DNA of 63,993 nt, filler included, from Dimargaris cristalligena (taxonomy: Eukaryota), in the NCBI GenBank assembly GCA_003614675.1. It is 3 parts of 3 records of this genome, joined end to end, with 100 filler letters (N's around TTAATTAATTAA, not from the genome) between each part and the next. Parts side by side here need not be neighbours in the genome. Positions count along the whole stretch, not along the records: positions 45,764 to 63,993 come from ML002773.1; 2 more parts are not named here. The stretch is one strand, 5' to 3'. Position numbers and translations under genes: made by a program. Shown here in pieces: positions 49,750 through 61,504 of the stretch (its first letter is position 1; every line of letters begins with the position of its first letter). The notes under the pieces are model-generated. The model did no database searches. It had not been told where the DNA came from and saw only the letters and a program-made list of their open reading frames with translations.

Positions 49750-52700
49750 ATGGGCCACAAGGAAAGGCCTCCAAAATATAAACAAGCGGCTGCAGATAAC
49801 ACGATGGTAAAACGTGTAACTAGGGTAATCCAATAGGTATATTGGACAGCATTAAGCGCACGGACGGTCAACAACAATCGACGCGCAAGGGCAAATATGT
49901 TTAAAATACCCGCACGTTATCGATACCCGAGGTGGCTTCGGAAAAGGCGATAATCGGACAGGCTGGAGTGACAGTAATAGCGAAATTGATGGCCCCGAAC
50001 GAAATATAGGAGGAATAGAGAAGAAAACGAAGGGGTGAGCGAGGGGACTAACGCGCCAGACCGAACCCGTTGGCTAAAGACGCCGGGGAACTCAATTAAA
50101 CGAACAGAAAGAAAAACCAACAAGTCAGGTACCAACCCAAGGAGTTGGAGGAGTGTTATATACCCCGCTCTAGCGTGTGACTTCCAGGAGTAACCTGTGC
50201 AACTTAGTGAGACGAAGTTGCAGGAGCGAGCGGACCTGAAGGTGTGGGGTGAGTAGACCCCAATAGTAGAAAGTCGGCAGGAGAGTGGTGGCTAAGGCTA
50301 AACGAGAGGGAGAGATACGGTAAAGACTATCGAACAAGATGCATATCAAGTGAACCTATAGACCAAGCGGCGCACAGTCTCGTCAATTCAAATACAGTTG
50401 GAGATGACCTGAAGGAAGTAGATATAAATGAGTCTAGGCAAAAGCAATGGAGCGAACCAGCCGCTTCAGGGGAGTATGAGGGTAATGAAAATGATAGTAG
50501 TAATATATGTATATATATAAGACGAGTCACTGAACTGCTCACGAGGTATATAGTAAAGAGGTTAAAATGGAGACACCTAGGGCAGCCAGGGTGGGAGGCC
50601 CTTTTATATTACGGGGACACCGACCAGGAGTCCTGTCCTTCGGAAAAACTCGGTGGTCCCGCAGCAGTGGTGGACTAAAGGGCGTCGCCCAAAACGCCAA
50701 TACGGAAGCCAGTTCCATTCTACCGTGGCTATTCTTAGACATACCCTTTACTAATGGCATGGGTTTGATTAGGAATAGGAGTCGAGAATTCGGGTCTGCC
50801 CCTGAAGCGGCCGTAGCTAACGACGCCTCCGGGGGGTGAAAAATGAGGAAAATAGCCGACTATTGAACCATACCTAAAAAAAGGTAAGGTAAGGCAGGGC
50901 GAGGAAGGAAAGGGAAAGGGAGGGAAGGGAAAGGAGAATAAATAAAAACGAGCCAGTGTGAGCGAGGCCTAATATTGCCATTAGGCACCGTAAATACCAA
51001 GGGACTCGAACGGTGCTGGGTGCCATAGTGCTTTCCTAAAATCCATTGACGGTCGGTCCAATAGAGGTGTCTTGCCGTGTTTAATTGAAAGGGCAAGCAC
51101 CGGGCCTATTAAACTAGGGTACTCTGGCCTTGACAATGGAGAAGACTCACTCTCTCTCCCATTTATTATAGGTGGCCCTTAGGTCGGGGGATGGGCGAAG
51201 GACTCAGTTGGCAAAACGAGGCCCTCGACTGGCCAACGGCGTCGATGAATGTATTCGGCAATGAGTCTTTTATATATATATATATATATATCATACGGCT
51301 TGGCAATTAAGATTAACATGGGGGTGAGTTAATTTCCCGCATAGTGCCTTGGAGCTGGGGACATTTGAACCGGTAGAGGCACACTCTCATTGCATGGCGA
51401 GTGGTCAATTTGGGTGTAAATGTGGATGATACGCAGGCATGCTGGTGAATTTTCCGGTGAATGATTCAATACTAGCTGCGAAGCACGAGGAGGGTGATGG
51501 GTTGCGAACTCTGCTTTAGAAGGAGGATGCTAAAAATACTGTGGACTTCCGTTCCTTAAGCGACGTAAAGATAAGGCTACGAAGGATGGTTGACCCACCG
51601 AAGTAGTCAGCCCGGAATTCCTCGCTAATTGGATGTCAGATTCGACAATAATTTAAATATATATATATATAACGAAAAGGCGACAAGTACGTGGTCCGCG
51701 AAACACCTGTAGAATAATAGAGTGTCGGTAGTAGACAATGGGTGTGGACTATCCATCTCCAAATGGGGGCACATTATAATCGGGCCATGTAGAGGACTTC
51801 GCCTATGTATATTACACATACGGTGGAGTTTTTCCAGACAGGTTCAGACATCAAAATGGTATTTAAAAAGACTTGAAGCCTTTGGCAATCTCGACTGGTA
51901 GATCCCTCCCCCCAACTGCCCACTGCCATTCTCCTATTCAAGTCAAGGCGTATGTGTCGGATACCAGCTGACTCGGCCCGATAGTGGGCTCGGTCCCTTG
52001 ACGCGGGATACCTATACCCACTGGGTCTAATTTTATGAATTAGGAAATGATATCCAACAGCGTCTCCTCTCCTCAACCAAAGAGTGGTTTTAGCGAGATA
52101 ATATAGCCCCATCTATATTATTCACGGATAGAGTACGCCCCTGTATATACCACCCATATGTACCCTGACTTTAAATTAAAGGTCCCGCCAATTAGACTGC
52201 GAATTTGAATGAGACACTTGGCTGTGCCTTAACAGGTAGTATTTCAATTAGGCGATATTTTAGAGAATGCTTTGACTAGGGCCGTATGCCCTATACTATT
52301 AATTTGCACGTTTAACGAACTACCCGCTTACTTTAGCGCTTAAATGAAAACTTAGTGAAATCACCTAGAATCTATTTTATTTGAGAATTATCATTTACTA
52401 ATACAGGGATTATGTAGAGCGGGGCGTGGTTGTTGTGCATTGAAAAATCTCTAGACCCGAGCCCATCCACCCGCACACTTTTAGCACCTAAGTTGAAAAA
52501 TATATGAAAACCACATCTGAACCAACATTGGTCTGCACTGTTACTCAAAGGATAGCTATACACGAATCTTGAATTGTGCTGGTAGCATCCCCAATGATTA
52601 AGTAGTAGCCACTCCCTGAACGAGTGTCTCATTGGAAGTATACTGGCTAATTATAAAGAGCCGGCTGGAATGTTTATAAAACGGCATAGTGAACCTCCCG

Positions 52701-55526
52701 TATAGTATGTTTACATTTATCATGAAACATAATGATAGGGTTGGTCGAAGCTAGCCACACACCATTCAGTCATTCAACAGGATATCGACACATACCGAAG
52801 CAAACACTGTCCTAGAAAAAGGAGGGGCTCAATAGGCGAAGAGATAATGGACCAGCCAGCCAACGTTGACCAGTATAAGGGGGAAAGACCGTGGAATGTA
52901 TCGGTAATACATGAGCCCAATTGGGCCTCTACTCGCACGTTTGTCTGTCTGTCACTTGACTATAGTCCGATGCTGAGGGGCAATCACCCCACATCCCATA
53001 TGTGCTGGACTTGCCCCAACCTTTCCCCCTTATCGCTGGTCCCAGCATCCAACATTAGATCACTAACCGTGTCCTAGCTCATATTACCCTTGTTCGGAGC
53101 CACACTCCCAATAATGGGTCTGCCCCACGTTTGAGGCCCTCCCCACAAAATAATTCAGTCCTAATGCATCGTGCTGTGTTCTGGATATAATAGGGTCTAA
53201 CTAAATGGGTAGCAGGCTACGTGGTGGTAAATGAATGAAGGGGTGATGGGAGGGGCATGGGTTGACTAAGCCCCCCCCCCCCACTCACTCACATAATTAC
53301 CGTTGATTAACGACTAATTTGTAAATTGCTTGGCTGGCTTTTTCAATATGGCAGTAATGATGGCATTGTACAAACAGGTTAAAGTGGAGCTGTCCATGGC
53401 CTTATTTAATAATATACTGGCGACGTAGTTAGTTGTGAATGTAGCCCCCTATTGGGGATCCGGTAATTACCAGCGGCCATGTTGGATATTGTAATTGAAA
53501 GTATATGTATATATATAAATTTGGTCGATTAGCCAGAACGGCGAATAAAATTAACAATATTGCATTGGGATATATCATAATAATCGCCGCATAGCCTCGA
53601 TTTTCATTGAAAATCCAGCTCGAGCGGAGGTGCCTGACCTTACCCTACTACTCTCGGAAAACAGTTATGCCAGTCCTCCTGAATACCCCTAACTTTAATT
53701 TTCATTTTTAATACGATGTGGAAATTCGCTGGGTGTCTGGGGTTCGAAAAGGAATGTACATATCTAATAGTGAATTAGATGGATCGCCGGTAGCCTAGCT
53801 GCAGTAGCCTGTTTGGCAACACCTCCACCTAGTCTGGGCAGGCATGACATTGCCACATTTATTGGACCAACCTAGTCAGAGATATTTGGGCCCCGAATCT
53901 ACCGGATAGGGGCTGGTACAGGCGACTTCTTTAATGCGCCCAAATATCAGGGAAGCTAAGGGGCTATAAAGGAGGGGCGGGGTAAGGCCAGGCGGGACGT
54001 CATAACCCCAAGCTATATTATCAGGAGAGCTGGGGGTAGGGAAAAGGGTAGGCTAAGCCCTCTTGTTGTACTGTCGACTGCACTGCTGAATGAAAAGCTG
54101 TCTATTAGTATAATTATGTGGTACGTCAAGTTTGGACATTTAATTGTTGTATTTACAATCGGTAACTAATATAATTAAACGGGGCACATTATGGCCTCGA
54201 TCAACATATAACTGTATAAAATCTTTTATGGAGACAATATGATGCCCTATAATTTAGCCAAAATGGGGAACATTACAGTAGTTCTCTAGAGCGGTCCCTG
54301 TGGCCTAGCGATAGGCTATACTCTCAATCACAGTACCTTACTAATCAGCTAACAAATAATCGATTTAAAAAATCAATGTATCATTTATGTTCCAAAACGG
54401 GGACTGATTAATGGCGCCTGTGGCAGCAATGCAACATATAAAAACCGCACCTTCCATTGGTTAGAATTGGCCATCAGTCCAATGTCCGAAATGAATGGAT
54501 TTGTCGGCTTCGGCGTATGTTTAGATATGGAACCCCAAGCATACCCATGTATTAAGGGGGGCAGTGAGATCCGTGCAGTCCAGTATGCCCGCGGCCCACT
54601 ACCATTCGTTCAACATGTTGACCATTATACAGCATGTCAGCCATGGACATGGTGTAAGGAGTAGAGTGATTAGCACATGGCTTGCGCATGACCCACATGA
54701 CGCACAGTAAACCTTAGTATCTCGCAGACGTGCTTATTCAAAAATCCATGGATACCTGTCATTGTGACCAGCACGCGGTTGGCCAAAGGGCCCCCTCCAT
54801 CGGTGATCGCTCCGACTGTGAGGTATCGACCGAAAATCACACCAGTTCATTGGTTTTCACCAGAAGTGGGCAACTATAGCTGAGCTCGAATCCCAAGAAA
54901 TATATACATATATGGTTTTATGATCCGCTACTTCGGAGCCTACAGTAAAAATCGATCACCATAATATCCCAAAGCAACCCAAAGGCGGGGATGTACGGAG
55001 GGTATACCACGCGAAGCGCTGCGTTTGGGACTGGCCCGCTTCTATGATCTAGACCCACCAGTCCTTTGTGCGATACGGAGGGGATGATCTTAGCCTAAAT
55101 AAGGTACCAAAGTACCCCCCCCTATATAGTGTGATAAAGCAAAGAAAAGAAAGCGAAAAAAAAGAAAGGAAATAACGGAGAGATAAAGGACGATGGTAGG
55201 GGTGATGGATTGGGTGGGATGGGGGATGGTAAGGCAGTACAATGGTGGTACAGCGGCGGGATACCCTTATGGATTACAGTGATTGAAGAGGGGTGAACCT
55301 TGCTCAGCCTCAGTGTCATTCAAGTGTATGTGTACGCAAGTAAGAGAAAGTGACAAAGAGAGAAACGAGGGCACGCGCGCGCGGACCAGCTAGCTGTACG
55401 CTTGGAGCGGCACCAGGCCAGTCAACGGCGAGAGGGTACGCGCTTGAGCATGGGGCTAGTAAATTAACGGCACTATTACTACCGGTAGGAGAGCCAATTA
55501 CCAACTAACGGCTTCTCCTGCACCAG

Positions 55527-55561
<35 letters not shown>

Positions 55562-57697
55562 GGTATGAAGGGTGGGTTAGACTATGGCTGGCCCAGAGCG
55601 ACGGTCTGGCCTGGTTTTGTACGATTCATTAGCACAGTCCCTTTACCGCAATAGGCCGACCCAAAGCCATAGCGCCGCTGGGGAGAGTCTCCCCTTGCCC
55701 AATATATCCCTGACATGGCTGCTATACATTCGCCCATGGGCCTTTTATTTTAAAATATTGTTCTTCCGTCCGCTTGGGTTGCGCGCACCCTTTCTCCAGT
55801 TTCCCCAATGATCATGGGAGACTCTACCCATCCGGTCCGACTGTATTGGGCAGGTGTCGTTCTCCACAGGTTACACCGACTGAGTCTTAAACCAAAGGAA
55901 TAGGGGGAAAGCAGGGAGGAAGAGAATACAACGATGAGACACAACGCAAAGGGCGGTCAAATCGTAGGGCAATTACACCCTCATTAAGGGGTGTGTCCGT
56001 TTTACCAATACAACCCTCAATTGGCCTTTTTCTCTCGTCACCTTGTATGTACCGACCCCAATGGCATCACCGCCGTCTCCTTCCCTATCCTTAGGGCGGC
56101 CCCGTGGTCATATTAGCGACCCGGCCATGCCTCCTTGGGTCTACTGTAATGTACGGGCCGTCTCCCATTTTACTCCTTGATGCCCATCTCTCCCCTGGGT
56201 GGTGGTACTTGGTGTATATATTATTATTGTTATGATTATTGTTATTATTAGGAGGCCGTATGGTGTGGTTAATTGTGGGCCCCAAAGTACCCTTCACGAG
56301 AATAGCTGTTGCAATCCGCCAGGCCTATTTAAGCAAATGGCGCCGGTTCCCCCCCACCGGAACCCACGCCTCAGCAATACGAATCTAATGAAAGGTCATA
56401 CGGTCTCCACCTGCCTCATGTCAAAGGTCTCATTCATTTTTCCTTTATATGTATCTCTCTAATGCTATATACCCTACTCTATCCTAAATATCTAACGACA
56501 AACTTATACCTGCTATCGGTTTATTATTAATGCCCACCGCGCCACAGCCCATCTTCGCTAATCCCTTAACCCTTTTAATATTTCTCCGACCAAACCACTG
56601 CTGAATTGAATCCTCGCATTTTCGGAACATTCAGCAGAGTCTCTATTGATTGATTGATTTACTCTGACTTACGTTGGCTTAACTTCCCTGAGTCAACTCC
56701 TAATCTGCTCCGCTCTAATCCTTGGCTCTAACCTGCCCTGGTTACTTCCATTGCCTTTGCACCAACCAGCGCCGATTTTTTGAGCGTTTGTTTCCATTTT
56801 AACCCCTTCACGTGGGTGCAAGCTAACCGATTGTCGTTTATTGCCATTCAATCACCTGGTACTGGTATGGAATTTGCCCCCCCCAAGTCACCCTGTTCAA
56901 CAGTAGTGCCCAATTCCCCTATATTCATACCTAGGCTGGCCCTTTTATTCTCTCGCCTGCTGCCCCTCACAACTGGTCTTACTGACCCATTCACCTATAT
57001 ACATTGTTGGGTTGTGCTCACGTTGGCCTACCCATATCTTCCCCATTTTGCCCTATCTTACGGCGGGTATTTGTCCCTGCTCTAAATATATAGCCTACTA
57101 TTCTTAGTCGGTTGGTGCTGTGGGGTCGTTAGTCCATTCACCCGGGTGGTTCATTCTTCCGTCTCCTTACAGCCACTTCCCTTCCCTGGGTTTACCGTTG
57201 CTGACATCCCCTGTGGGCCCCCGCTTGTACTTCATTGGCCTTGCTTTTCCACCGCTTACTTGACTTGCTTTCTCCCGTCGCTCCTGTGACTATATAATTA
57301 TCGCAGTTCCCCCCTGCCCATGATTTCGGATAATTGATTGACCCTTCTGTCAACCCGTTCTTTGAATATTTCCATGTCTGCCCTAGTGTGATTTTACCTT
57401 ACATACACCACCGCTAATATATAAATTGCTTTGGTGATTTCCCGACACTACTCTTACGTTTAAGCATATTTATTTTTGTGGCCTTTACGCCAGGTTTGCC
57501 TAAACCTTTACTATCTGCCAATCGATAACTCACCGCCGACTGTTATTGCACTCCTTCGAATTCACGCCTCCACCCCATACTTTATTTTACATTATATCCA
57601 TTTTTAGACAACACATCCGCCTACCTGTCCGTCTTCAGTCGGTTTCATATTTTCTCGCTTTTTTTTTGCATTTGGTTTTTCGACCCTCTTCATCACA

Positions 57698-59941
57698 ATG
57701 GTTACTCAAAACCATCGTATCTCCCAAAAGACCCCGGCCACTTCCCTTGCACAACCCACCAAGGACAGCCGACGGGCCAGTGAACGCCGCGCTTTCAAGA
57801 GCAACCTGCGGGCGGATGTGATTGCCATTGCCGAACAGATGGTCAACTGGCTATTCGGTTGCTCACCAACGCCAGGTGCGGGAGATGGTAATCCAACGGC
57901 AGAATCGGCCCCGGCCGCCGTCCCTTCCCTGGGGGGCAGTGCCCCACCCGCCAACCTCCCCACCCTGGGTTCGTTCATTCGGTCGGTGGTTCACCGCACT
58001 CAAACCCCCATCACCGCCATCATCACGGCCCTGATTTACTTGTGCCGGCTTAAGCAGCGCCATCCGTCCTGCAAGGGATCGCCAGGGGCCGGTCATCGAC
58101 TGATCCTGGCTGCCCTCATCACGGCAACCAAATCACTGTATGACGATGCCTACCACAATCGCTCCTGGGTCACTGTGAGTCAGGGCCTGTTTTCCCTGGC
58201 CGAAGTGAATCAGATGGAAATGGAATTCCTCGTCTTTTTGAACTTCCGCTTGTGCGTGACCCGCGACCAGTGGTGCGAGTTTGTGGCTATAATCGATGAG
58301 AAGCTGCAGAGCCACTGGCAGCGAACGGGCCATTACGGTACTTATTTGGATATGGGCTTTTCGTTGATTGCCGAAGTGATTGATGCTCCTATTGCCCAGC
58401 GGCGCGAAGCCGGCGAGCCGGTGGAGTCCAGCTACCCTAGCCAAACCGCCCGTGCCCAACACCCCATCGCGGTTGGATTCCAACCCCCCGTTGGACAATT
58501 CCATACATCGATTCCACAGCAGGGGGCCGTTCCCCCACCCACTATGGGTTCGAATATGTCCATGGCCAGCTCCACTTGCATGTCCGCCTCATCCATTAGC
58601 CAAATGTCCCATGTCGGCCGGTCGTCGGCCCCAGGCCCCCCTGCCATCAATATGACTGAGTATGTCAACGTGCGCTCCGACAGTTTCGCGAAATCCAACT
58701 ACTCACCAATGTCGTCGTGTGTCACACCAGTGGACGCCCCTTCCACCACAGCCCCCCCTGCCCACGGTGGTACATCCTCCTCCGCCAAGGTTACTCCCGC
58801 CGGCGGAGCCAACATCAAGCTCTACCGCAAGGCCTCGAGTACCTCCTTCCATAGTTTGCCATCCTCCTCCTCTTCCGGGACGATCAGCGTCAAGCCTTCG
58901 CCTTCCCACTTTCGTACCCCCACGACGCCCAACAGCCCCGGAACCTTGCCTTCCATCACACCGGTTACCGCCGCCCCCAGTCACAGCCATTCGGTTTCCG
59001 CCCTTTCCAAACCCTCCGGATCCGCTAGTGTGGGTTCGGCCCAGCGGAAAGTTTCGGGTATGCGTCACGCCTACGACCTATCCCAGCTGCCCAATCGGTC
59101 TACTACCCCGACTGCCTCAGCCCCCGTCCCTGCTCCCCAACTCAACAAATCCCACAGCCTTGCCAACCTTAGCTTTATGCTAAAATCAAAATCGTCTTCG
59201 GGGAGCCTGCACGGCTCGTCTTCCGCCTGTCTAACTCCTGCCACGGCGACACCCGCCATGCCGGCCGGGCCCATGGATGCCCCCCTGGTCGCCCCCGCCC
59301 CTATTGGCGTCAAGACTCCTAGTCGGTTCAGCCCCGCGGGGTTGAAAATCACGCAGCGTTTGAAGGCACTGTCTTTCCTCCGGCCGTCGAACAAGCACGC
59401 CAGCCTGGCCAAGACCCACACCGATCCCGTTATGATGCACCCGACCCACTCGCCTAACCACGGCCTGCTCATCCCATCGCAAAGCTTCCCCGCGCCCACC
59501 CACTCGGCGGCTCCCCATCACTGCCCCTACCCAGCCCCCGTAATGGCCCACCACCACCCTAACGATGCGTACCATGGCACCTACCCGGCTGCCCCTCCCC
59601 CGTATTACCAGGGCCCCCCTTCCCATGGCCATCAGTCTGCCGTCCCTATGGGTGCTCCCTATTACTACGACCCCACCAGCACCCCGTATGGCTATCGTCC
59701 GAATATGAGTGTCTCCAGCGCCTGTCCGTCCCATTCGGATAGTGTTCGGGGCCATTTCCCCGCTTCGGCCGGGTCCGCCGCTTCCGGCACCCAGTCTAAG
59801 CGCCACCAAAGCCACAGTCTGCCTAACCGCACCAAGGCCGGGCGCCGTTTGAGCTGGCCTCACATCTTTAATGTAGTTGGGCCTTTTATGAACCCCGCTA
59901 CCCATCCTTCGGCCGGGGCTAATTCCACTGTCCACCCCTAA
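57698..59941 (+). CDS. Pho85-type (Pcl) cyclin with long Ser/Pro/His-rich disordered tail
   Basis: Cyclin box LGSFIRSVVHRT...ALIYLCRLK...HRLILAALITATKSLYDDAYHNRSW...FSLAEVNQMEMEFLVFLNFRL; single exon, 747 aa. Confidence 0.9.
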   Translation: MVTQNHRISQKTPATSLAQPTKDSRRASERRAFKSNLRADVIAIAEQMVNWLFGCSPTPGAGDGNPTAESAPAAVPSLGGSAPPANLPTLGSFIRSVVHRTQTPITAIITALIYLCRLKQRHPSCKGSPGAGHRLILAALITATKSLYDDAYHNRSWVTVSQGLFSLAEVNQMEMEFLVFLNFRLCVTRDQWCEFVAIIDEKLQSHWQRTGHYGTYLDMGFSLIAEVIDAPIAQRREAGEPVESSYPSQTARAQHPIAVGFQPPVGQFHTSIPQQGAVPPPTMGSNMSMASSTCMSASSISQMSHVGRSSAPGPPAINMTEYVNVRSDSFAKSNYSPMSSCVTPVDAPSTTAPPAHGGTSSSAKVTPAGGANIKLYRKASSTSFHSLPSSSSSGTISVKPSPSHFRTPTTPNSPGTLPSITPVTAAPSHSHSVSALSKPSGSASVGSAQRKVSGMRHAYDLSQLPNRSTTPTASAPVPAPQLNKSHSLANLSFMLKSKSSSGSLHGSSSACLTPATATPAMPAGPMDAPLVAPAPIGVKTPSRFSPAGLKITQRLKALSFLRPSNKHASLAKTHTDPVMMHPTHSPNHGLLIPSQSFPAPTHSAAPHHCPYPAPVMAHHHPNDAYHGTYPAAPPPYYQGPPSHGHQSAVPMGAPYYYDPTSTPYGYRPNMSVSSACPSHSDSVRGHFPASAGSAASGTQSKRHQSHSLPNRTKAGRRLSWPHIFNVVGPFMNPATHPSAGANSTVHP

Positions 59942-60052
59942 TTTATTCTGATCCTCTACTTCGAATTCTCTGTTATTTACCTGGCCACCCGCCCCCTTCT
60001 ATGAAATAGCTCGTTAATGCCCTTCTATGTAATACGTAATTCTTCTTCTTCC

Positions 60053-60089
<37 letters not shown>
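60053..60089. repeat. (TAT)n microsatellite in the cyclin 3' region
   Basis: About 12 TAT units directly visible; explains the poly-Tyr ORF 60017..60277. Confidence 0.92.
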
Positions 60090-61504
60090 TGGTACGCCTA
60101 CTTTGCCTATCCCTGCATACATATTCATCCCCCTATATTGCTACATATCCTAATATTACCAACTATGAGTATATCCTCCCCATCGCCTACATCCCCTTTT
60201 CTAATGTAATCCTTCCCCAATGCGGTATAATTATCTTAATGTACGCGTCAGTGGTTTCAGTTTCAAACACCCTTTGATTATGCTTTAAAATAAAATTCGC
60301 TCGGTACTTCAGAATATGTAATATATGTGATGATTGCTATAAATGGGAAATGTGTAAATCCGGGTAATGTTTAGGTTTATTCCTACGTGGCGCTATTTGA
60401 TCAGCCTTCAGACCGATATATAATCTAATCATGTGTAGCCACTATTCTTCTAGACTGGCTGGGTCGGCATATACCAATACCAGTTTATATGCCGGTTGAT
60501 GCTACTTGCATCAGCTATTCAGCGCCCATCCCTTAATATTTTGCAGATTGGTGGGTCGACCGCAGTAGTGTTGAATTCTATTTATCCGAATTTCCCCTTT
60601 TACCGGACGTTACGGCCACATCTGACATTCCCTTCGGACTAACAAACCCGGCAGTCCAATGCCTGGTATAATAGACATCGGAGCACTAGCTATGAATTTC
60701 CGATGCTCACCAACTTTAGGATGCTAGCCACAGATCAGGGACTTTGCACTGGACCAGAAATCTATATTTTGCATTCAAATGGAAGGAAGTTGGTCATTTC
60801 AGAGCTCTGTGTCTGTTTTACTAAACCGGACATGATACTCTTTAGAGTCTGTGTGGTATAGGCGGACATGGCAAGGGTGTTCCCCGAGCTGGGGTCGTTA
60901 GTGGAGTAGATAAGCCAGCCACCAGAATATCGGTTTGAGCCTAGCGGCTCTGGCTATGTAGATTATGCAGGACAGACTATCGACTGGGCAGACGGCATCA
61001 AATCACGTGACGAATAATGGGCGGGTGAATCCAGAAAGGCCACCTAATTTATTCTTTTGATAGCTTGAAAATAAAAAATGAAAAAAAGCGGGAATGTGGG
61101 TGGTAAAAGGCTCAGGCTAATAAAGGAGAGCCAGGCGAGAGAGAGAGTAAAATAGATCAAATCAGCTTTAATGTAAAAAGTACTTCCCGCTGGTTAGTTT
61201 TTGGGTATGTGTTTTTTTTCAGCTCTACTAAGCCCTTTACAACGCGCCCAGGATTCGGACTGAGAGAAAGTTCCTTGGACTGAAATACTATTGTCTTCTG
61301 TAATTGACAACTATTCTGGGTCGCCCGCCTTTACCAACTACACCAACTTTTCCCCCCTAGTTCGTATATCCAGCAGTGCGGTAGTACTACCCCTTCTCCC
61401 GCTCCGTTCCGCTAGACTCAGCCTCCGCCCATTCCACCGTTGTGTCCCCCGCACTTGTGAAGGACCCCCGGGCCTCTTGTCTGTCTATTCTCCCATTCTT
61501 AGCC

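Noticed and set aside
60017..60277. Poly-tyrosine ORF
   Set aside because: Translation of a (TAT)n microsatellite.
61004..61011. TCACGTGA E-box upstream of POL5
   Set aside because: A single short motif about 500 bp upstream; plausible but not distinguishable from chance.
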